A DNA stretch of 63,936 nt, filler included, from Reticulomyxa filosa (Eukaryota > Protista > Foraminifera), in assembly GCA_000512085.1 (NCBI GenBank). It is 20 parts of 20 records of this genome, joined end to end, with 100 filler letters (N's around TTAATTAATTAA, not from the genome) between each part and the next. Parts side by side here need not be neighbours in the genome. Positions count along the whole stretch, not along the records: positions 25,332 to 27,633 come from ASPP01024382.1; positions 27,734 to 36,607 come from ASPP01010259.1; positions 36,708 to 39,052 come from ASPP01022061.1; 17 more parts are not named here. One strand, given 5' to 3'. A program made the position numbers and the translations under genes. The notes under the pieces were generated by a model. The model saw only the letters and a list, made by a program, of their open reading frames with translations. It was not told where the DNA came from and did no database searches. Numbering within the stretch: the first letter of the stretch is position 1; every line of letters starts with the position of its first letter. This document shows positions 25,997-37,865 of the stretch, one piece after another.

Positions 25997-26170
25997 AAAA
26001 CGCCACTTGGTTGGGCTGTGTGATGTTTAGCCTTGGAATACTGTAATGGGGGATGAACAAACAATTACGTGGTTATAAAAGGACCTAAGTGTTGATAACA
26101 AAATTAAAATGTGTGTTAAAATTTGAAATGATTAAACCAATTTGTGACTATAGACAAATTTAACAAATAC
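25997..26170 (+). repeat. Dispersed partial copy of the B monomer of the 3458-4653 repeat
   Basis: AAAACGCCACTTGGTTGGG.TGTGTGATGTTTAGCCTTGGA.TACTGTAATGGGGGATGAA..TATAAAAGGACCTAAGT is nearly identical to 3943-4035. Confidence 0.92.
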
Positions 26171-26433
26171 AGTAATTATGAATAAATTTTTGGTTTTTTT
26201 ATCGAAAACTATATTTAGTGGTTATATTTAGGAAAGTGAAAAGCAGTGGAAGTATTGATAAATCTCGTATTAAATGAAGAATTTTTTAGCCGAAAGGTGT
26301 TTAGCTTTGTGAGTATGAACATATCGTGGTGTTTTATTTTAAGCTAGTGCGTAGAGTTGACATATTGAAGGCTAGTCAAGTCTGTTTATTTTTGATTTTA
26401 ATATTTACTACCGATTTTGTGAATTGGCAAATT

Positions 26434-27300
26434 TTATGTTTGCCATTTGAGAATTAATGGATTTGACATCGTGTTCCCATAGCTCCAATCCTTTGTCGTG
26501 GGCAATTGCAACAACATGTTTGCATACTTGTGGAGTTGATCCATTCGACTATTGACATAATTTTTCCAAGGATATTTGCTCAAGTCAGTTTTGAAAACAT
26601 TCGTTTGTATTTGCTCAACCAAATCATCGAAGTAATTTTTATGTTCTAAGCACATACTGACTTCGATATCGTTTAAATAATATAATTGCCGTACTCATTG
26701 CGCACAAGGTCAGCAACTAAAGCGGATTTGTTGTATCCATGCGATAAGGAGTCCAATATTTGCTTTTGATAAGACTCACCGCACTTGCTTAAGCAGAACT
26801 CAATCACATTGGACGCAAACTTTTCATAGCATAACACGTCGATTTTGAGTGTGATGGCAGTGACTAATTGGTTCGTCAGTGACACTCCTTTACATAATTT
26901 AAGCATCATTTGAATTATATAATTGGTGTACAGCTGTTGTAAATCTCTACGACATTATGCAAAATCTCTTTATAGATTGGCTGCATTTGCGCCAAGGTTC
27001 AATACTGCATCAGTCGTTATATCACTCAGCAACCATAGATTTGCACTACACACTCAAATATTTTGTGTGAATTTGCTTACAAATCGTCGATAAATACTTC
27101 GTTATTTGCACTTGCATTTGCATTTGTCTCTTTGGCTGACTCAGTTATTCCAAATGATTCTTTTGTTGCTGTTGTTGCCCTGGTTTTGTGACTCAAGTTT
27201 TCGCATGTAGTTTTCAACAGCTTTTGAACGACGTAGTTACCAGACACAACTTGACATAAGTACACATCACGATATAGAGCATGAATAACTTCTCAATATG
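26434..27300 (-). pseudogene. Pumilio/PUF RNA-binding protein pseudogene
   Basis: Repeats SGNYVVQKLL, YGC*VI*RL, YTNYIIQ, FASNVIE, YGNYII*; at least 5 in-frame stops and 2 frameshifts. Confidence 0.88.
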
Positions 27301-29603
27301 GCGGATGTGTACGCTGCAATCGTACATATTTTTTTTAATGATATGTGTCAATGTTTATGTCCACAGGTGGATGTGGTGGGATATTGCTTTAACTGCGTAT
27401 TGTTTCATTGAAATCTCATGTTTTTGATATTGATATACCTTTGATGTTGTTGTGGCTCTCTTGCTATGGTTACGTTTCCATCAATTCCGAAATATTTGGC
27501 CCTGTTGGGTACATATGATGGCCCGCCTGATAATAAGCTGAAGGCTGTTGCCATTGTGCCATCCAAGGGTTATATTGCCATTATCACTTCGCTGTTGGAA
27601 ATGCAATGTGTGCATCGAATTCATTGGCATATTNNNNNNNNNNNNNNNNNNNNNNNNNNNNNNNNNNNNNNNNNNNNTTAATTAATTAANNNNNNNNNNN
27701 NNNNNNNNNNNNNNNNNNNNNNNNNNNNNNNNNAAAAAAAAAAATTTTTAACTAGTAAAATTTTTTCTACTGGTTGAAAATTTTCAAATATCTGATATTG
27801 CGATTTTGCGAGATCAGGTATATACAAGATAACAACACCCAAAATGAACAGTCTATTAACAAGAAAGAATGTCAAACAAAATTGAGACACTTTTCTATTA
27901 AATAAGCCGAAATTGCAATATAAACATTCAAATGTTTTTCTTTAATAATCCTGTAATTCTCTCTGATCATTCCACAGAGAATAGCCAAATTTGTTTTCGC
28001 AACCGTTGATTGATCTCGCCGTACAATCTTTAATCTTTAAAATATCAGAAAAAAAATAAAAGCTCAAATTAAAACTTAAATTTTTTTTCACTTGTTGTTG
28101 TTGATTGTGTGAGTTTTTGATATGTTTTGTTGATCTTTTCCTTTTTTTTATTTGTTTTCATTAGAGTACTGTGTTTCTTTTGCGACGATTTGCTCATTTT
28201 AACTTAGATAAGATCTCATTCTTGCTAAAAAAAAGCCTTCACAAGCCTGTCGTCAATATCTTTTTCATGGTCAATCCCTTTCACAACAACTTCTTTCATA
28301 TTGTATTCGCTATTGTATACATGATGAACAATTTGTTGGATCCTGCTACGTTAATATCACAATATCATGCACATTGTTTACATTACAATTTCTTTTCAAA
28401 CACAGCAACGATTTGTTGGCATTTGTTATTGTTAAAGCATATGTGTCATCTCCAATAATTGTTCATATTGTTTCCATATTTTTTCGAAGATCTCGTTGAA
28501 TCTTTTAATTTGCAGCAATGTTTAATTGTTCTGTAAATGTGAATACATATATTAAAATCTTTTCCATTTGATCTTTTTTTACTTTGCTTGGCTGTTTCTG
28601 TCGTCATTTTACTAGATCTTGATACTCGATATTGAGTTTGATCTTGAAGCATCTTGAAGGTTCACATATATTACAACATGTTTTCACTTGAGATTTATCA
28701 TTTCGTCACAATAATATGATATAGTATTATTGTTTTTTTCAAAAAAATTTTCCCAATAAACACATTTTTGTTATTTTAACCATTTAGAAAATAAATATGA
28801 ACATAAAAAATAAATTTAATAAATGCTTCAAATGCAAAAAGAAAATATAATAATACAAAATAAAATGCATAAAGACAATCAAGCAATAACAAAATGAAAA
28901 TTCTGTTAAAAAAAGTATTTTAATTTTTCAAACAATTAGTAAAGATGTAAAAAACCAAAATCATATTCAAAAACTATAATATTCGTAGACATTTTTCAAA
29001 AAAAAATTAAGTCTATATGTTGTTTTTACATGAAGAATCATTTATAATGAGCCATTTTATGTATCAACTTCCTTTGCATTATACTGCACTTGAAATTAAT
29101 TTTTTTTTACTAGTAAAACTTTTATATTATACTAGTTAAAAATTTCATACATTACGATACTCGATAGATCTCTGAACACTTATTGCTTTGTGCATACTTA
29201 CTATCTCATATCGAATGAGGCCTATTTGAGAAAACAAAAAAGTCATTTCATATTAAATTTGTTCGTGTAACAGTTTTAAATCATAATTAGCAAGTTCAAA
29301 AACGAAATAATGAACAAAACATTAAGACAACAATGTACTTCCTGTATCAAAACAGGAAATCGTTAATGAATAAGCTGAACATCAAACTGAAACAAAAAAT
29401 ACACAATGAATTCGAACCAAACAAGTAGAATGAAAATGTCATTAAATCATTTCCAAAGAGACTCAAGGATACATTAGAATACAACAGATCGTCTAAGAAA
29501 TAGTATGTTTATTAATCCTGAATACTGTGCAATTTGCTATTATTTCTTTTATTTTTTGTTTAAGTTTGTTTGAAAAAATCCCCATATAAACTCAAATCTC
29601 TTC

Positions 29604-32600
29604 TTGATGGAAAAAAAGATAGATGACAGCATAAACGCTGAAAAACATAATCTTGGGCTCCACATTTGTGTTGAAGATCAGCGAACTGATTCAAATTCAA
29701 ATATAACTTTTTACAAGCTGTTAATCCACGTTGAGGGGCTGAAAATTACATACAATATTGAACGCCGATTTCGTGATTTTGACGGTATGTGCAACACAAA
29801 TACACAATAAATGACAAGAATACGGGCAATAAACAACTTTCAAACATCTAACAGCGCTTCACAAGAAACTATCGTCGATTTTTAACAGCGGTGTGTTACC
29901 CGAGTTACCACCCAAAACCCTGCGCAAAAAATTTGATGACGATTTTGTTAACCAAAGGAAAGAAGACCTGGACAGGTATTGTGTATTATGCTATGTTGAT
30001 TTTTTTTTATTTTCTTCGTTGCCCCAAACAAAATTGGGGGAAGCCCCTTCTGAACGTTTGCACACGAAATTTCGGGAGTAATGAGCAAAAGTGCACTTTA
30101 CATAGTAGACTCTTCGAATTGAAGGATTCTGATTTGTTATATAGATTTTTCTATTTTCTCTGTTGCAATGGGTTGTGTTTGACACAGATATTTGCACGGT
30201 TTAACGAGCCGCTTGTTTTTGATCAACAACAATTATGTCTGGGATTTTTTTGAATTGTCAAAATACGTGAATCCCTATTTATATCGTTACCAATGCATTC
30301 ATTTGAACACATTTTTGTGTAATGATTACAAACCCATACCTCCAAATGAAAAGCCTCCACCATTGCCACCCCCGCCTTCCCCACGACAATCATCACTTGA
30401 AGACAATGCACTTATCTCTCAAGAACAACGCGTTCCGCAGATGAGACAGTCTATGACAGCCAATTCGCTGTCCTCACAGACAACGAAAGCAAATGAGAGC
30501 ACCAATGAAAACAATGGGTTCCTTTCGAGTTTGTTCAATTCCATCTCTGGAACCAGTGCCAATTCCAATGAACACAAGCCTTTGGTATGTCCAAATGCGA
30601 TTGCATCACATAAACAAACTTCAATCACAGCAAAAGAGAAATAAAATATGAGGATATAAATATACTGTGCATACATGTATATTTTGTCAACTATGATGAC
30701 GCTTGTTTTGTGTCTTTGAAATAAAAAGCGTGAATGGAGCGTGCTATTCGTCTCCTATGTGAACGATAACACATTCTTGACTGTGTCCACAATCTATGCA
30801 GACAATACAAAAACTAGTTGGTGGAACACATTATTCACTGACAAGCCCACATCATCACATGGAAGTGACGGGCATAATGTATCCTCAACTGCAAGTGGAA
30901 AATCAGAAGATAAAAATGCTGACAACAAAGAAATGGCCAACGATGCAAAAAATTCCTTTTCGAAAGAAGATCACAGCAATGTGAAGAATGCCAATAACCA
31001 AAATCAACAAAATAAACAATGGTGTTATTGAATCCTTGGTTGGAAAAATCAATTTGTGGGAATGGCAAAAAAGAGATGGAAACACCAAAACGGAAACAGC
31101 GGCCAATAATGAATCGGAAACAAAAGACGAAAGTCCATATGTTCCAAAATTAGAACGGAAACAAAAGTCTGATGGCATATTTATTGAGTCTCCTGTATGT
31201 GAAGAATATATTTCAATTACATCTGATGCTATGGGAACCACTAATCCCACCGATTGGCGGAAAGTGCCACTCTTTTCATTGTATTTGACTATTAATCGTC
31301 CAAGATCAGTCCATTTTAGTAAACAATTCAATTTGTTGTTCATTGGAACTGAATATGGTGCGATACTTATATATTCTTACAATCCGAGCAAACAGGTATT
31401 TAATTTATATAATTTTTGCGTTTACAAGTGTACTGATTCTGTGAGTGCAAAATAAAAATATGAATAAACAAGGAGTTGAAATGTCGCGGCTCTTTGCCGC
31501 GGTTGTTCTTTTTACCGGTCACTTCCATGGTTGTTTTGGATCAACGGCAATTGACATACAAACCTGAAGCTTTAACACACGCAAGAAAACAAGGATTACC
31601 GCAGGGCACTGATGCATTCAAATATATTGATATCACTGGCTATCTTTTTGCTGTATCACTAGACTGTTGAGTGCTATTTCATTACCGAAAGATGTTTTTT
31701 AAACACCTTTTTACTATTAAAAAAAACAGGTCATATTGGTGTGTATGACTTGTCCACTGGCGATGCTTTAGGATATGTGCGGACAAGTATTAGCGGTAAT
31801 TTAGCACTGACTTATTGTTTTGATCATATTTTTGTCTCCAGTCTTGAAAAATATGTTAGAATGTTACAGTAATCTCATCTATCTATTTTTTTGTTTTTTG
31901 TTGAACATACCATTTTCTTCAAACTAAAATTAGCTGATTGCTATTCCACTTATGTATATTTGGGGGGAAAGATTGTATGCTTAAGCCAAGCACCTGAATT
32001 AGGCGCACCAATACCAAAACGAGAATTGTATGGGCACACCAAATCGGTGCGATGTTTGCTGGCAGATCACGACAATGGGCGATTGCTTAGCGGTGGATAC
32101 GACAACAAGATTTGCATGTGGTTCAAAAACGAAAATTAGATGATTTTATGCAATTACAAACCTTGAATTCAGTACATAAATCAAACGGCTTTACGTCTAT
32201 GGTTGTTATGTCAAATATCGAGTGTATTGCAGCAGGAACAAACGATGGCTATGTCACAATATGGCACCAGTACGTATTTCAAGAATCAGAGCCTATTTAC
32301 GTTGATCAAATTCGTCCAGAACAAACTAACAAGTACCAAAATCACAACAAGGAAGACAAAAAATATTTAGAAAATAGTGAAAGCGAATCTACGAAACCAT
32401 CTTCTCGAAGGCGTACAATCTCTGAACAAATGATTCAGTCCAAGAAATTATCAATCGACACCTTATTTAATAGCAATCCCACCAAACAGAAACAAGACAA
32501 AGTGTGGAAATGCGTTTATTCATGGCGCGCTCACAAAAATGGTAAGGTAATGCACATGGAATACATTCAGAAAGACAATGTGCTCGTCACTGCTGGAGAG

Positions 32601-32822
32601 GATGGATGTGTGCGATTAGTATATGTTTGCCATCCTGAGCTTTTTCCAAGCGTGCAAGCCTTTCCTAAAGACAATACATTGGAAACTGAGGATCTGTCAT
32701 ACGTTGAAATCAATAAACGGAGATTATTGACGGAATATTCGCCTGCTGTAGGAAATAAATTGCAAAAAGTGTTTGAAGAAATCGAAAAAAGAGATAAAAT
32801 TGGCTATCGTCTTAACAAATAA
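29604..32822 (+). CDS. PX-domain + WD40-repeat protein, multi-exon (5' end uncertain)
   Basis: PX: YNIERRFRDFD|ALHKKL..LPELPPKTLRKKFDDDFVNQRKEDLDRYL; proline-rich linker; WD: LYGHTKSVRCL..LLSGGYDNKICMW, LVTAGEDGCVRL. Confidence 0.85.
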
Positions 32823-33130
32823 TGTGTGTTGCTTTATAAAGTGTGCAGTTGCAAATACTAAGTTCATCCTTGTTTTGTATGATTATGTATTCACAAACAA
32901 ACAGAAAATTCAATGAATTTAATGAGTTTCATTCTGACAAATTCTACATAATTTAAATTTCAAAACGGTACAGAACCTAGAAAAAAGTATACAGTGTTCA
33001 TTCACTTAGATTTGACAGGACGTAATTGAAAAAATTGAAGAAAAAAGAAAATGCAGATTGTTTTAAAAAATTTAAACACCAGAGAAAATGATACATTTCT
33101 GCAATAAAATTGTTTAAAGACAACAAATTT

Positions 33131-36100
33131 TTACGGCTCCAATCGTTTGGAGATTTTGTACAGCTGTTGCTCTTCAATTTCTGGTTGTTCAAGTTGGGAT
33201 CTGATGTAGCGTAACAACATGGCATCACAGGTCAAATTCCACTTGTTGTTTTGAAACATTTTCATGTGTTCAATTTGTTTTCCTAACAATTTGGCTTTTG
33301 AATAATTGAGCAACTTTCCACCAGCTTTAGTAGAGGGGCTCTCGAATAGCATAGTTAAATCTTTTTTAAACATTCCAATGTATGGAATTGCAGGTTTGGC
33401 TAAATATTGTTTTTGTCGTTCTCGCAACAATGCGTAAGACTTGTTCATGGAATACAGTGTCTTCAACTCTTCTCGAATTTGTTTTTGTTTATTAGTTAAT
33501 TTACTTTCTGTTTGTTTCAGACGATATACTGAATTTGCAGCCAACCCAGTGAGTACAGCACAACCACTGGTAAAATCGCCCATTTTTGTTAGTAAGTGGG
33601 CTAAGTTAATGAAAAAGACGACACAACTCACTCTTTTCTTTAAATCTCGTTTCTCGGATAGTACTTCGCGTTGCACCCAATTTGCAAAGTCATTAAATCG
33701 TTGGACCATTGCTTGAACATGTGGAGCCTCTTCTTTGTTTTTTATTGAGTTAAATATTTCTCGTGGTTGGATTTGAATGAAGCTTTCATGAGTAATTTGG
33801 ACTAAACATGGAGCAGCTTTTTCAACATCAAAAGTCAGAATATCTACTGTTTGAACATCCATGACAATATCCACGTCTTTTCGGCGTCGTGTAACTTCTG
33901 TAATAGATTAAATCAACCAAAACGATAAATAAAATAAAACACAAAGCAAAAAAAAGATTCGAAACGAGCTCGAGGGACTCCCACAATTTCAGATTTTCGC
34001 TTGTCGACATTGACTGATATGGTGGTACTAATTTCTTTTTTTTCAATCAATTTGGTGATGTTTATAGCCAAAGCTTGACCTTGTGGATCCTGTTTGATTT
34101 TTTTGACAAATCCATTGACAATGTCCAGTAACTCCAATTGATTGGCAAAGTCTTCTTCCCAGTGATTTCGGAGCCAATAGATTAACACAGCGCCTACTCG
34201 AATGCGAACTTGTGTCAAATAATTTTGTCGATAGTGTGTGATCTCAGCAGGACTCAGATTTGGAGGAAGAGGGACAAAATAGCGGTCAATTAGCGTTTGT
34301 AACAATTGCTTGGATTCACAAAATGCACGATGAGTCAAAACAATCAATTGAAATTTTTTACTGTGATTTGGATCAGTTATTAATGATACAATTTGTGGCA
34401 AAGTGTACCAAACAACAATTTGTGATTTGTCTTGTTTGTTGTTTTGATTTTTTTGTTTCGCTAATGGAGTTGCATTTGCATTTGTATTTGTATTTGCATT
34501 TGCATTTGCATTTGCATTTGTGGATGCTAGTCCGATGGTAGTCAAACCCGTTGAAAAATTCATGGAATTTTGGTTACTACTTAAACTCGGTGTCGCTGGT
34601 GCAATTGGAGTTGTTGTGTTTACAGCGCTTTCATTGTAATTTGTTACCGTAATAGTGGTGTCATTGTTGTCAACTTCAGTCTCCGTTTCGTTACCTTTTT
34701 CGTTGTCATTTTCATGTTCATTTTCGTTTTCGTTTTCTGTTTCGTTGTCGTTGTCATTGCATTGTCATTGTCGTTTTCGTTTTCTTTGCTTTTGTTGTTT
34801 TCTTCCGTTGGCGCTAAAGCTTTGGATTCCTCATCTTCTCCATTCACTGACTCCTCTCTGGCGGTTTTGCTGTCGGTTTTGATCAAGGCAGGTACGTCTC
34901 GGTCTTTGTTTTGAAAGATCGGAGTTAATGACATTGGCTGAATCAACGAATTGTTTTTTTGATTATTTACCAAATTTGTGCGAAAGTTGATAGGCAAGCT
35001 CGACGTTTGGGCTACTGTATTGTTGTTGTTTATTATTTGTATATTTTTATTTTCATATGTTACATATATTAATATATTAAACATATTAATATATTAAACA
35101 TATTAATATGTTAAATATATTAATATGTTAAATGTCATATTTGCACTTTAAAATGCGTTTCCCTGTCCCCTGTCTCCTGCCCCCTCTCTCTCACATCATA
35201 TCTAACAATTGTCTGCACCGGCATATGGAAAAGAATGGGCTCCAGGAGTGGCAGTTGCGGATGAAGGACTTAACATGATGTTGCCACTACCACTGGAAAA
35301 GAGAGGTTGGCTATCTGTCAGAGATTTGGTACTTTCGGCCTGAGACAAATTGGAAGTGGAGATAATCAGTGATTGCGATAGTGGATGTGATTGTAGCTGT
35401 GAGGACAGCTTTGGCGTCTGTTGTTGTAAGGGTATTTGCGCTTGCAGTTCTTTGGTCGTGATCATTTCTTGTTCAATCAAATGCCAGTCTTTGTCAAACC
35501 CATATTCATTTCCACGACAATACACATAATCGAATCCGAAATTATTTTCGCCCGAAATGGGGTCTGCGTTTAATTCGGGCAGCCGTTGTTTTACAGCCAT
35601 GTATAAATCCCGCGTACTTTGAATTGCAGAGACAATTGTCGCCAAATCGCATCGATGTCGTTGGGCCAACATTTGTTCGGCGTTGTCATCGAAACGAACA
35701 AGCTTTGGTCCTTTTTTTTTTTTTTTTTTTTTTGATTTGATTGTGTGTGTATGTGGATCACATGTTTGTGTATACGTTTGCGTTTTTATTTTTTTTCTTT
35801 CCCCCTCCTTCCCCCCTCCCCTGTTTATCTCTCCCAAAGCAAGTGAACATACCCGACAAAGCCCCCTCTTTCCGAACCGAGGCGACCGTGGGCGACTTTG
35901 CTCGCGTCGCAACTTGTGAGAAGGTGGTATTTCTCTCGGCCTTCTTATTTTGTTTGCTGTCTTTGTTTAGCAAATTGCTGAAAATGGAAGGCGACTTCAA
36001 CTTCCAACTATCCCTCTTCTCCTCTTGATTGGTACTCAGTCTGGTTCCATATGTGAACGACGAGGGCGAGGACGGAGAGGACAACGGAGAAGAGGAGCCT

Positions 36101-36546
36101 GCGACGGCTGCGAGGTTCGTGTTGACAGACAGCGATTTGGATGTCGACGCCTCGATGGACGCGTCTGCAAGTGTCTGCGGACGCGGAGCAACCTGTCGAG
36201 GGATATGCGGCAAATGCTGACGCTTGCATTTGTCATAAGTGTCGCTCATACCCATTGGCTCGGGAAATCGTCCGAAATAATTGTCGCAATGCTCGTTGGT
36301 ATCATTATCTTTTCGTACTATCGAATGCTCCAACGCACTCATGTGCTCGCTCACCTCTTGACTGCTTAGTCCCGACGCCTTGAAATAGAGCTCCGACTGC
36401 TCACTATATAATTGCTTCAACTGGTTCCTTCGCTGTGCATTTGCCAATGATAGGTAGCGTATCAACACTGACGACAGTTCGATTTTCTCTTCTTCCGTTA
36501 ATTTTTCATTGCTTTTTAATGTTGGCGCTTCATATTTCGTTGGCAA
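33131..36546 (-). CDS. RasGEF (REM + CDC25 domain) with a long N-terminal extension; 5' end possibly truncated
   Basis: REM LIVLTHRAFCESKQLLQTLIDRY..VRIRVGAVLIYWL; CDC25 MVQRFNDFANWVQREVL, GDFTSGCAVLTGL, PAIPYIGMFKKDL, LLNYSK, LYKISKRLEP*. Confidence 0.92.
35065..35133. repeat. 17-bp AT-rich minisatellite, about 4 copies, in a RasGEF intron
   Basis: ATATTAATAT(A/G)TTAAA(C/T) repeated in tandem. Confidence 0.7.
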
Positions 36547-36821
36547 TAAAAAATGTTTGTTGTTGCTATTGTTTGTGCTTGTGCCATTGCTTGTGCCATT
36601 GCTTGTGNNNNNNNNNNNNNNNNNNNNNNNNNNNNNNNNNNNNNNNNNNNNTTAATTAATTAANNNNNNNNNNNNNNNNNNNNNNNNNNNNNNNNNNNNN
36701 NNNNNNNTTTTCTGCTTGTTATTTAATGACTTAAATAAAAGACAATAAAGTATCTTAATAACAAATTATTGAAGGATAAAGTTTTTTTCAATAACAAATT
36801 TACAAAATTGTATGGTATCAA

Positions 36822-37865
36822 ATGATGTTTGCCATAAAATATCGACCCACTTGAAAAATACATAAAGATATTCCCAAATGGATCAAACAAAACATTGAAA
36901 ATAAAAATCTTGCACCATCATTAAAGTGGAAAGAGTTGGAATATCACATAGCAATAGCGTGGACAACAACTGGTAAGTTCTTTTTTGCTACTCCTATTTT
37001 ACAACACAAAATAAATAATAAATTAAATTAATCAGGACATTATTCTTACTGAAATTAAACAATTGAAAAAAGAAATCCAATTCAAAAATAATCAAATTTA
37101 TAATATTGACGAAGATAAAAAGAAAATGATTCCAATTATCAATTGATAACAACAAACAAATTCAATCATTCAATGGACATTCAAGTTATGTGTATTGTGT
37201 AAAATTTTCATCATATCATTACCATAGTCGTCAAAATGTCATTTGCTCTTCATCAGATGACAAAACCATTTGTTTTTGGGATTTCAAGCATAATAGGCAA
37301 TTAGAAATATTAAATGGACACACTTCGTGTGTTGGTGGCATTACATTTTAATCATTTAATGGTGGTAGATATTTATGTTCTGGATCTGGTGACAAAACAA
37401 TTCGTTTATGGTATATTGAAACAACCAAACAATTCAATGTATGCAAAGGATATAAAGATGTGATTAGTAGTGTAAAATATGGATCAAATGAATTATTAAA
37501 TACAATATTATCTGGATCTGCAGATGAAAGTATTTGTTTGTGGGATATTCGATCTGGTCAACAAATTCAAATTTTCAATGGACATACAAATACTGTATGG
37601 TCTGTTGAATATTTGCCATTTGTAATAAATAACAGTATTGGTAATTCGAATGTGATATGTTCTGTATCATGGGATAATACAATTTGTTTTTGGGATATTC
37701 GATCAAATAAGAACGAATTGTATATTATCAAAGGATATTAGAAAGAAGATAAAGGAATAATGTGTCTTAAATTTATTGTATTTAAAAAGAAAGACAAATA
37801 ATGTTATATATGATTTGAATTTGTGTTATGGTTCAGTCAAAGGTCCCATTCGTATTTGGGGATAA
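36822..37865 (+). pseudogene. WD40-repeat pseudogene of the lineage-expanded family (chimeric 5' part)
   Basis: FNGHSSYVYCVKFS, ICSSSDDKTICFWD, TF*SFNGGRYLCSGSGDKTIRLW, NLCYGSVKGPIRIWG; internal stops (about 37349 and 37739) and a frameshift. Confidence 0.85.

Noticed and set aside
26673-27079. TAA at Gln positions in the PUF gene as stop-codon reassignment (TAA=Gln)
   Set aside because: Intact genes here end in TAA (USP14, both RasGEFs) and have long stop-free ORFs. The PUF copy also has TGA stops and frameshifts, so it is a pseudogene.
28171-28652. Cys-containing coding-like remnants (also 38770-39050, 43400-44650, 45740-46169 and 60931-61115)
   Set aside because: They have multiple stops and no motif I can assign with confidence, so they are left unannotated.
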